A DNA stretch of 39,456 bases from a virus. Lineage: Duplodnaviria; Caudoviricetes. The notes below the pieces were generated by a model that saw only the letters and a program-made list of their open reading frames with translations, searched no databases and was not told the DNA's origin. The translations under genes and the position numbers were made by a program. Of the stretch, positions 24,925-31,996 are shown piece after piece. Numbering within the stretch: the first letter of the stretch is position 1; the number at the start of each line of letters is the position of its first letter. The stretch spans positions 1-39,456 of IMG/VR virus record IMGVR_UViG_3300034161_000021; one strand, given 5' to 3'.

Positions 24925-25322
24925 TACGCACCGCCTTGCAACGCGGCCCACGCGTGTGGTCGGACCCGGTACATGCGGTAGGCATACACATCACGCATAC
25001 CGGCGGGGCAGCCAGCCACCAGCCGATTCCAGTGCCCGCGTACCACCCCTTGATCCTCCAGACTGATCAACAGCCAGCGCGCCCGCCACAGGCCAATGCC
25101 AAAGCGGCGCATCAGCGCCCCGGGGCCGGTGAAGGGCCGGGCCGCCACAAAGCGGCTCGCCGCCGGGCGCAACGGATCGTTATCCCCCGGCAACGACGGG
25201 CGCAGCGTGAAGGACGCCGACAGCGGCACCCCCAAGGCCGGCAGGTCCGGCAGGCCCGACAACGTCACCCCGACCAGCTCCAGGGCGACGTCATGACCGA
25301 TATACACCTGGGCCCCGCTCAT
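24924..25322 (-). CDS. Protein with FtsK-gamma-like winged helix
   Basis: ASRFVAARPFTGPGALMRRFGIGLWRARWLLISLEDQGVV resembles the FtsK-gamma consensus (LQRRLRIGYNRAARLIEQLEEQGIV). Confidence 0.6.
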   Translation of the reverse strand: MSGAQVYIGHDVALELVGVTLSGLPDLPALGVPLSASFTLRPSLPGDNDPLRPAASRFVAARPFTGPGALMRRFGIGLWRARWLLISLEDQGVVRGHWNRLVAGCPAGMRDVYAYRMYRVRPHAWAALQGGA

Positions 25323-25630
25323 TGGTCGTCGTCCTCATCTTCGCGCAGCTCGATGGACTCGCCACCCTGCTCAATGATGGCCATCGCGGCCGCGTCGAAC
25401 AGCTGGTGCAAGGGCGTGGCGCCCTGCTCGTCTTCCTCCAGCAACTGCGTGGCCACCTCGGCCATCAACAGCGCCTGATCAATGACAAACGCCATGGGCT
25501 GGCCGTCGCCACTGACGGGCCAGTTGTCACCCATGGCCACCGAATGGGCCAAGGTGCGCTGATGGATGCGGATTACCAGCTCGTCGCCTTCAACGACGAC
25601 GGTCGGCAGGATCAACTCAAGGTCAGCCAT
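25319..25630 (-). CDS. Acidic hypothetical protein
   Basis: 103 aa with a strong AAGGAG RBS; EEDEQGATPLHQLFDAA. Confidence 0.75.
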   Translation of the reverse strand: MADLELILPTVVVEGDELVIRIHQRTLAHSVAMGDNWPVSGDGQPMAFVIDQALLMAEVATQLLEEDEQGATPLHQLFDAAAMAIIEQGGESIELREDEDDDQ

Positions 25631-25665
25631 GGGTGAATCTCCTTTTTAAATGAGTGTGTGACACG

Positions 25666-25935
25666 TCACGCGGCGTCGGTATCGGCGGGGTGCTGCTCGG
25701 CCGCTCGGGCATTGACCAGATCGGCCACCCGATCCGCGCTGACCATGGCCAGCGTTTCGGAACAGGTGTCACAGCCGAGATGAAACAGACACTCCACGTC
25801 GTGGGTATTAAGCCGGCCGTTCTGTACAGCGGAGCGATTGACGATGGACGTCGCCCAGGTCAGGGCGGTGCCGCCGCAGTGGCGACAGGTGGTAGTCGTG
25901 AAGGCCTGGGCGGTCTTGGCGATGGTGTCGCTCAT
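25666..25935 (-). CDS. Zinc-ribbon hypothetical protein
   Basis: CRHCGG...GRLNTHDVECLFHLGCDTCSET; AAGGA RBS. Confidence 0.75.
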   Translation of the reverse strand: MSDTIAKTAQAFTTTTCRHCGGTALTWATSIVNRSAVQNGRLNTHDVECLFHLGCDTCSETLAMVSADRVADLVNARAAEQHPADTDAA

Positions 25936-25997
25936 GGCGTGCTTCCTTTGCGAGTGAGTGGCTGACTGCGCGTAAAATCATTTGCGTGCAAAATGAT

Positions 25998-26022
25998 ACA
26001 TCACTTTACCTATAAGTGATGT
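25998..26022. promoter_or_regulatory. Inverted repeat ACATCACTT-N7-AAGTGATGT
   Basis: Perfect 9-bp arms with a 7-bp spacer in AT-rich intergenic DNA. Confidence 0.5.
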
Positions 26023-26032
26023 TCTTCGGCCT

Positions 26033-26070
26033 AAAAAAAGACCCCCGCCTTAGCCCTAAGTGCGGGGGTC
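26033..26070 (-). terminator. Intrinsic terminator
   Basis: Minus strand GACCCCCGCACTTAG-GG-CTAAGGCGGGGGTC followed by T7. Confidence 0.8.
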
Positions 26071-26088
26071 GATTGAACATAAGCGGCG

Positions 26089-26343
26089 TTATTCGTAACG
26101 CGGCGGGTCACTTTCAGCCGGCGGCAATAGCGACGCCTCTCCCCGCGCGTGATCCAGTTCGGCATACAGGCCGCGAAAGGTGTCGCTACTCACCAGCCCT
26201 TCCAGTTGCAGCGCCGACAGCCAGCCCGAGGCGACCGCATACCGATAATTCAGATCAGCCCAATCGGCGGCGTCGAATAGCTGGGCGATCTTTTTGCGCG
26301 CGCGTTCCACGGTGGCCGGGTTGTTCTGTTCGATCATCGGCAT
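26089..26343 (-). CDS. Small helical hypothetical protein
   Basis: 84 aa with AAAGGAACCCCCGCC-ATG leader. Confidence 0.7.
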   Translation of the reverse strand: MPMIEQNNPATVERARKKIAQLFDAADWADLNYRYAVASGWLSALQLEGLVSSDTFRGLYAELDHARGEASLLPPAESDPPRYE

Positions 26344-26404
26344 GGCGGGGGTTCCTTTCGGTTGAATTCAAATACCCCCGAAACGGGGGATTTAATCGGG
26401 GTCG

Positions 26405-26650
26405 TTACGCTAACGGCGGGGTCAGTCCGGACGGCGCCGGCTCCCACGGCAACGGCTCGCCGCGCAACACACGCTCCAGACAATGCTCGGCCCACGCTTG
26501 CTGGCTGTATAGCGAACCCGCCGAATGCACGCGCAGCGCCTCGGCCAGCATGCCCAAGGTCAGATCCTCGCGGTGCGGCAGGACGGCCTGCAAGGTTTCC
26601 ATAAAGGCTAGGCGCCGGGCACTGAAACCGGCGGGGTCAATCGTCAGCAT
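26405..26650 (-). CDS. Small hypothetical protein
   Basis: 81 aa with AAAGGAGCCCCCACC-ATG leader. Confidence 0.7.
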   Translation of the reverse strand: MLTIDPAGFSARRLAFMETLQAVLPHREDLTLGMLAEALRVHSAGSLYSQQAWAEHCLERVLRGEPLPWEPAPSGLTPPLA

Positions 26651-26668
26651 GGTGGGGGCTCCTTTCGG

Positions 26669-26911
26669 TTATGCCTGCTCGGCGGCTTTGAACGCACGCA
26701 CGGCGGCCTCGGCGGCCTCTTTGGCCTTGTCATACAGTTCGTCGCGTTCGTCATCGGTGATGATATTCGCGTCGGCCAGGGCCTCAGCATAGGCGCGCGC
26801 GCTCTCTTCACGGCGGTCGATATAGCGGCGCTCGGCCTTGCCTATCTTGTCGATCTTGATCCGCAGGATATTAAGCAGCGCGTTTTTTTGGGCGGTGGTC
26901 GTGTTGGTCAT
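26669..26911 (-). CDS. Small helical hypothetical protein
   Basis: MTNTTTAQKNALL... with AAAGGAACCCCCACC-ATG leader; in frame with the upstream Cys-rich ORF. Confidence 0.65.
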   Translation of the reverse strand: MTNTTTAQKNALLNILRIKIDKIGKAERRYIDRREESARAYAEALADANIITDDERDELYDKAKEAAEAAVRAFKAAEQA

Positions 26912-27217
26912 GGTGGGGGTTCCTTTTTTGCCGGGCAAAGTGGGATTTCCCCACTTTGGCTCCTTTTTTGATGTCCGTTTTTCGGACGACAAACGTCCGG
27001 GGCTCCTTTCAGGTGGAAAAGTTATTCCAGTTGGGTGCAAAGTTTTTCCGGTCGCGGCACGCGCCGCCCGGCTGGCTTCGCGGATACGTTCCGACCCGGC
27101 GTCGTAACAGCCCGGGCACCAGCGACAACCATAGACCTGGCACGGCGCACCGCAGTCCTCACAGGTGCCGTTCGCGTGGCCGGGGTTGTCGGGAAACTTC
27201 GGGGGCAGCTCAATCAT
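26912..27217 (-). CDS. Cys-rich (zinc finger-like) ORF reading through in frame into 26669-26911
   Basis: ATG 27217 with AAAGGAAG RBS overlapping the upstream stop; CEDCGAPC...CRWCPGC; no stop codon before 26669. Confidence 0.5.
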
Positions 27218-27540
27218 CGCGGGGCTTCCTTTTTGCCGGGTCGGGTGTGGGTGGTCGGTTTGTTCGGGCCGCACTTGCGCGCCGCTACCTTGACCGGGAA
27301 AAACCAGCGGGCCGCCACTCGCGGGGCCAGCACCGCATGCACCTTGGCATCGGCCTGGGCCCGATCCGCCTCGGCGTTGAATTCGCGCCAGGGGTCGGCC
27401 GGATCGCCCAGCACCAGGGGCGCGCCATCGGCATGAAACACCCGCCCATAGCAGGCCGAGCAATAACGGCCGAGGTCGGCCGGTGCCGCCGTGCAATACA
27501 GGCACGCGGCTAGGGCCTCTTGCCATTCGGGCGGGAGCAT
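27214..27540 (-). CDS. Cys-containing hypothetical protein
   Basis: Likely start MLPPEWQ (GAGG RBS); CLYC...CSAC. Confidence 0.55.
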   Translation of the reverse strand: MLPPEWQEALAACLYCTAAPADLGRYCSACYGRVFHADGAPLVLGDPADPWREFNAEADRAQADAKVHAVLAPRVAARWFFPVKVAARKCGPNKPTTHTRPGKKEAPR

Positions 27541-27544
27541 GGCC

Positions 27545-27781
27545 TCACCCCTCCTGTCGACGGGCCACGGCCCGCTGCATATAGCCGATGCCCTTCTCCA
27601 GCGCCTCCACGGCCCACGCCGGGCAAGGCCGGGCGCTGGGCTTGGCGGGATCATTCAGCCAGGAACGCACGGTGCGCTCGGAGCAAGGGCGCTGGGTGAC
27701 GGCAGTGATCACCACGGCGCTATAGGCCTGGGTGATGTCGTGCGCGCTCAACAGCTTGAGGTAACGGGTTCGATTGTCCAT
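27545..27781 (-). CDS. Small HTH repressor, KorC-like
   Basis: MDNRTRY...ITQA...SERTVRSWL...PCPAWA resembles KorC (DRTVRRW...PIPYAAW); lies downstream of the klcB-like gene and behind twin palindromes. Confidence 0.6.
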   Translation of the reverse strand: MDNRTRYLKLLSAHDITQAYSAVVITAVTQRPCSERTVRSWLNDPAKPSARPCPAWAVEALEKGIGYMQRAVARRQEG

Positions 27782-27810
27782 GAAAAACTCAAGCGCAAGG
27801 TGAAGACGAA

Positions 27811-27862
27811 TAGGCACATGTGCCTAATGCAAGATAATAGGCACATGTGCCTATTCGGTCAA
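27811..27862 (-). promoter_or_regulatory. Sigma70 promoter TTGACC-N17-TATTAT with two TAGGCACATGTGCCTA operators
   Basis: Identical 16-bp palindromes at 27811-27826 and 27838-27853; one overlaps the spacer and -10, the other the expected start site. Confidence 0.85.
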
Positions 27863-27920
27863 CCGGCGGGGGCTGATCCCGCTCGATGGCCTGGGGTCGT
27901 TACGCATAACGGCCACCTAC

Positions 27921-29447
27921 TCACCCGGCTACCGGTGCCACCGTGGATGGCCCGGCAACCTCCTGGGCGATTTGCTGAATGGCGTCCTGCAAACGCTTGA
28001 TTTCGGCACGGTCGGCGGTCCGCTCCTTGTACAGTTTATCCGTCGTCTTGCGCTCATCCTCGTAGCATTTCCAGCCGCGTTTAGCTTCCTTGTCGCGATG
28101 TTTATTGCGGTTGATTACCCCCTGATCTTGGTCAAGATTGGCCTTAAATTCATCGGTCCAAATTGGGCACCCCTGAAAAATCCGCTCAAGGTTTTCAAGC
28201 ACATACGGCGACTCTAGATGTTCAAGGTCAGCGCGCGCCGTGAAGTACACACTGAACGCCCACAGCATCAATGAATCTTCATCCCGGGTCAGTCGAACCG
28301 TACGCGCCCAGTTATGCGGATCGTCAGCGGACACACTGACTTCAGCCGCGACCGGCTGGCCCGCGCGCAACGCCCGGTTTTCTTCTTGCAGGCGCTGCAC
28401 CATCGTCTGCTGCCGCGCCAGCTCATCGCGCAAAAAGGCGGCCGGGCGGCGGGTACTGCGTTGCGGCTCGGCCAAGTAACGGCCGTTTTCACCCTCGGGC
28501 CACAGCTTGGTCAGCAACGCGTCAAACCCGGGCTTTTTCGTGGTCGCCCAATCCTTTGGACGGTGGTCGAGGTCTTCGTGGGCCAGCAGGCCCAGGCTTA
28601 ATACCATGCGGTCAGTCTGGGTCAGCGGAATGGCCTTGAGCCCTTCAGTGTCGGCCAGTTCTTTCAGCCGCTGCCGGTGCCGCCGTTGCCGCTCGGCATT
28701 ACTCTGCGGCACCTTGGCATTTGGATCTTTCGGCGCATCGCCGAACATGGCCATCTGGCCATCAGGCCGAACGCCGGCCAGCGCATCCGCCAGCCACGGA
28801 TAGACTTTGCGGTCTTTCGGCGTGCCATGCTCTTGGTCGATGGCCACCGCCTTGCCCTCGCCTGCCAGCAACTCCAGCACCTCAGCGCGCACCGCTTGAT
28901 CCACAGAGCGGCCCAGGTGCTGCGCCGGACGCATGTACTGATGCCGATACCCGGTCCGACTCAAAAAGGGCCGGTCGAAGTCCACCGCGCGCAGCTCGGC
29001 GCCGCAGTGGTTCGACAGCGAATCGGGGCACATCTTGACCACGATGCGTATGCCCTCGACTTCCAGCAGGAATTCGCCGGCCTGCCCCCACGCGGGCACC
29101 TGCCCAGACGGCGCCGAAAACTTGGCCTCTAACGCAACCTGAACCACCGCCGAGCCGAAGTGCGTGCCGCCGTTGAGCTTGATCACACAGGCGCGATACA
29201 CCACGTCGGCCTCGTCCAGCGCCGGCACATCACCTGCCAGCATGGCGTCATGGTAGAGCTGTCGAGCGCCCGAGGCGCGCGCCTCCAGTTCAACGGGGTC
29301 GGCCGGCAATGCAGCGACGGCCGCGATGAACTCGGGACGCTCTTCCAGAGGGACGTATTGCATAGGTTTCTTGCGGGCCATCGCGGGCACTCCACTGTGC
29401 GCCCCGGCCGGCAGGCCGGGGCTACTGTCCTTAAAGTCCGATTTCAT
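27921..29447 (-). CDS. klcB: KlcB-like protein with C-terminal SNAERQRRHR DNA-binding motif and coiled coils
   Basis: YHDAMLAGD, KLNGGTHFG, GQVPAWGQAGEFL and AVDFDRPFLSRTGYRH match IncP KlcB motifs as recalled; start at 29447 or at MARKKP (29381). Confidence 0.72.
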   Translation of the reverse strand: MKSDFKDSSPGLPAGAHSGVPAMARKKPMQYVPLEERPEFIAAVAALPADPVELEARASGARQLYHDAMLAGDVPALDEADVVYRACVIKLNGGTHFGSAVVQVALEAKFSAPSGQVPAWGQAGEFLLEVEGIRIVVKMCPDSLSNHCGAELRAVDFDRPFLSRTGYRHQYMRPAQHLGRSVDQAVRAEVLELLAGEGKAVAIDQEHGTPKDRKVYPWLADALAGVRPDGQMAMFGDAPKDPNAKVPQSNAERQRRHRQRLKELADTEGLKAIPLTQTDRMVLSLGLLAHEDLDHRPKDWATTKKPGFDALLTKLWPEGENGRYLAEPQRSTRRPAAFLRDELARQQTMVQRLQEENRALRAGQPVAAEVSVSADDPHNWARTVRLTRDEDSLMLWAFSVYFTARADLEHLESPYVLENLERIFQGCPIWTDEFKANLDQDQGVINRNKHRDKEAKRGWKCYEDERKTTDKLYKERTADRAEIKRLQDAIQQIAQEVAGPSTVAPVAG

Positions 29448-29634
29448 CCATCAGGGCGTCTAAGGCCGCATCGCCTTCACGCGCCTGATAGGCGGTCAAC
29501 AGTGCAGCGCGGGTCATGTTTTCGGCGGGGGGCAGGACGGCGCCGCCGATCAGGTGGACGGCCTCAATCAAGCGAGTGGTGGGCAGTTGGTTGGCCACTT
29601 GCTGCATGCGGTCCGAGAGTTGCGCGGCGGTCAT
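29431..29634 (-). CDS. Small hypothetical protein
   Basis: 67 aa with GGAG RBS; first gene of the klcB-like operon and overlaps it. Confidence 0.65.
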   Translation of the reverse strand: MTAAQLSDRMQQVANQLPTTRLIEAVHLIGGAVLPPAENMTRAALLTAYQAREGDAALDALMDEIGL

Positions 29635-29697
29635 CGGGTTAGCTCCGGGGTTGCAGGCTTAGCGAGATTGCCCGGCCTTGGTCGCATTCTACATAGT

Positions 29698-29822
29698 TAG
29701 CTAATTCGCACAATAGCTAATTAGCTAATTATAGAAAGACTCTCTGCCGTGGCTGACTCGGAATGCACCGCCGTCCCCTGCCGCATTTCTTTATTAGCTA
29801 ATTCGCGCAATAGCTAATTAGC
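29698..29822. repeat. Two 8-bp iteron arrays upstream of the klcB-like operon
   Basis: TAGCTAAT TCGCACAA TAGCTAAT TAGCTAAT (29698-29729) and TAGCTAAT TCGCGCAA TAGCTAAT TAGC (29795-29822). Confidence 0.8.
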
Positions 29823-29829
29823 GGCACAT

Positions 29830-30615
29830 CGCAGGCGGTACAACGTCGGTCGGACTTGGCGCTGGCATTTTCAGCACAGTGATCGCCACCCCATTCAGCC
29901 CGGCCAAGCGCACAGGCTCGCCCACCGAACGGGCCTAGGCCGATCAAGTATTGCTGCTTGGGCTGGGTGACGGCCTGTAGCGACTGATCAAAAGGCGCCG
30001 CCGACCCCGAGAGGAGCCGCCGCCGTGACCCCACCCCCCTCACTGTTTGCCGGAGCGCTTGCGCGACAGGCCAGCCGAAGGCGGCGCGTGAAGGAGCGAA
30101 GGGACGCCACTCGGTCTATCGGGTGTAATTGGTGCTAGCGCGGCCCACAGCGACTGGAAGGCGCCTTCCTGACGGAACGGCGGCGGTAGCGACAGCGAAC
30201 CAACGTCCCGCCGTGCCGTAGGCACGAATTGCGGGCGGCCTCGTTGCCTGGGCGAAGCTCAGGCGTAGACAAACAGGTCTCGGCTTGCCGAGGCATTAAA
30301 AAGGCTGGCCGCAGGCAAGCCGCAAGATCTTCGGAAGCTTAAAGGGAAAAGAACACTGACCAGTTAAATCTACTTCTGGCCTACTTAACATTTGGGGGTA
30401 TCACTTAATTTGTCTTGGGGGGTGCGGCCGTGATCGGCGCAGGAAGGTGAAGGGCAAAGCGGAGGGGAAAGCGGGGGTCGGCAGGGCTTATTTCAGCCCG
30501 GAACGACGCTCGGGGAGGGGGTTGGCAGGGGTCGGACACGGCAACGCCTCGGCGCGACCACAGCGGGTCGCCCGAGGCGTTCGGGGAAAGGGTTTGGCGG
30601 GAGCGTTTGGAGTGG
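29830..30615. other. Putative replication origin region downstream of rep
   Basis: ~0.8 kb with no credible gene: hairpin-rich part, AT-rich core (~30295-30415), strongly G-skewed stretch (30417-30600) and a hairpin at 30543-30581. Confidence 0.5.
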
Positions 30616-31620
30616 CTAGAGGTTGAGCCGGCGGCGCGCCCAGTCGTCGAACTTCAGGCCGCCATGCTGGGCAAACAGCTTGGTGCCTTCCATGCCCTTA
30701 GGCTTGCGCCCCAGCGCTTGCGCCATGTCGGCATAGACCTGATCGACAAACACCTGATAGTCAGCCTTCAGGCTGTCGGAGCCGTTATCGCGGACCACTT
30801 CCTTGGGGAACTGGTTTTTCATGGCCGGCGCCGGGAACAGGGATTTTTTCACGCTGGCACTGCGCAGCTCGGCTTCCAGTTGCTCGGCTTCGGCCTTGCT
30901 CTGCACGCCGCTGTGCGCGGCACCGTTGAGGAACTTGGCGACCTTTTGCGAGGCCTTGTTGCGGATGTTCTTCATCGCGGTTTTGGTGAAGCCGCCGAGG
31001 GCGCGCAAAAACTTCTCGCTGACGGTCTTGATCGCCGGGCGGCCGCGCTTGCCGTCCGTAGTTTCTTCGTACTGCTCGTACACCTCGATCGCCCCGGCGC
31101 GCTTTAGCCGCGCTACTCCACGCCAGAAGCGGCTCGACGCGACTAGCTCGACTTTGCTCGGGTCTTTCGGGTCTTTCTGCTCGCGGGTCAGGCCGCAACG
31201 GCGGGCGATTTCATCAAACTGCACGTTGCGAAACTCGCCACGCGCTGTGTAGGTGCCAACACGCAAGGATTTGAAGTCGGTGGCGGCATAGATCGCCGAC
31301 AGGATCAGCGTCTCGGCTTCGCGGCCCTCGCTGCGATTCTGCCGGGGCGTGCCGTCGCGATTGGTCTTGCCGCCCAGGTACGCCAGCAGCTTTATCGTCG
31401 CCGGGTCGGCAAAGTACGCCTCCACACGCTTGAGCAACTTGGTGATGATTTGCAGGCGGTGGCCGCCATTGACCTCAGGCAAGGCCAGGCGCTCGGTGGC
31501 CAAGCGTTGCGGGTCGTGCCCACAGCGGTTTCCCGACCCAAGGTGAAGCCCCGGGTGCGGATAAGTTGAAAGACCCCAGACTAAAGTCTGCGGGCCGTCC
31601 TCGGCCATCATGGCGGACAT
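30616..31620 (-). CDS. Plasmid-type replication initiator (Rep)
   Basis: RQNRSEGREA, TDFKSLRVG, HTH EIARRCGL...RFWRGVARLKRAGAI and AIKTVSEKFLRALG resemble IncFII-RepA-related initiators as recalled; flanked by an antisense unit and a long non-coding region. Confidence 0.7.
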   Translation of the reverse strand: MSAMMAEDGPQTLVWGLSTYPHPGLHLGSGNRCGHDPQRLATERLALPEVNGGHRLQIITKLLKRVEAYFADPATIKLLAYLGGKTNRDGTPRQNRSEGREAETLILSAIYAATDFKSLRVGTYTARGEFRNVQFDEIARRCGLTREQKDPKDPSKVELVASSRFWRGVARLKRAGAIEVYEQYEETTDGKRGRPAIKTVSEKFLRALGGFTKTAMKNIRNKASQKVAKFLNGAAHSGVQSKAEAEQLEAELRSASVKKSLFPAPAMKNQFPKEVVRDNGSDSLKADYQVFVDQVYADMAQALGRKPKGMEGTKLFAQHGGLKFDDWARRRLNL

Positions 31621-31644
31621 GCTGCTTTCCCCTAAGCAATGGGC

Positions 31645-31673
31645 TTGCTTCGAAGGGGACCGTCCACTAAACT
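31645..31673 (+). promoter_or_regulatory. Sigma70 promoter antisense to the rep leader
   Basis: TTGCTT (31645-31650), 17-nt spacer, TAAACT (31668-31673). Confidence 0.65.
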
Positions 31674-31679
31674 CTGACC

Positions 31680-31756
31680 TGTCGAGGTCTTCCAGAGCTT
31701 TTTTGCGGAACGATCACCGAAAACCCTAGGCTTGCAGGCCTGGGGTTTTCTTTTTT
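31680..31756 (+). ncRNA. Predicted counter-transcribed copy-control RNA (~77 nt)
   Basis: Lies between the promoter above and the terminator GAAAACCCTAGGC-TTGCAG-GCCTGGGGTTTTC-T6 (31719-31756); antisense to the rep 5' leader. Confidence 0.65.
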
Positions 31757-31811
31757 CTAAGCCCTTGTAAATCCTGAAATTCTTGTCTCTCGGCAGATGC
31801 CGGACGCCAAA

Positions 31812-31851
31812 AGAATAGCAAAGGCGCCTCGCCTTGAACATCTAAACTGTT
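31812..31851 (-). promoter_or_regulatory. Putative rep promoter (extended -10 TGcTATTCT) with operator AACAT-CTAAA-CTGTT
   Basis: -10 at 31812-31817; an operator-family variant at 31837-31851 overlaps the -35 region. Confidence 0.5.
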
Positions 31852-31996
31852 TAAATATTTTCCCCGCTCGCCATCTGGCGACACTTCGTTATGCGTGGCT
31901 GGCCAGCTTTGAGCCACCAGCGCCGCCCGATAGTAGCCCCCAAAGCGCCCACCGATCAAAGGTTTCAGGCATATGACCAGCCGACAGCCGGTCGCA

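Noticed and set aside
26915-27050. CRISPR array
   Set aside because: The repeats are only 9-12 nt with 3 copies, and no cas genes are present.
26669-27526. 285-aa ORF as a single gene
   Set aside because: Its first ~100 codons overlap the 27214-27540 gene out of frame; RBS-backed starts are at 27217 and 26911.
29798-30225. ORFs 29798-30043 and 30040-30225
   Set aside because: No convincing RBS or protein-like features; they overlap iterons and hairpins of the origin-like region.
30417-30600. G-quadruplex cluster
   Set aside because: G runs are present but irregularly spaced; the C-rich transcript (CIS/rut-like) reading fits the position better, and neither is provable from sequence.
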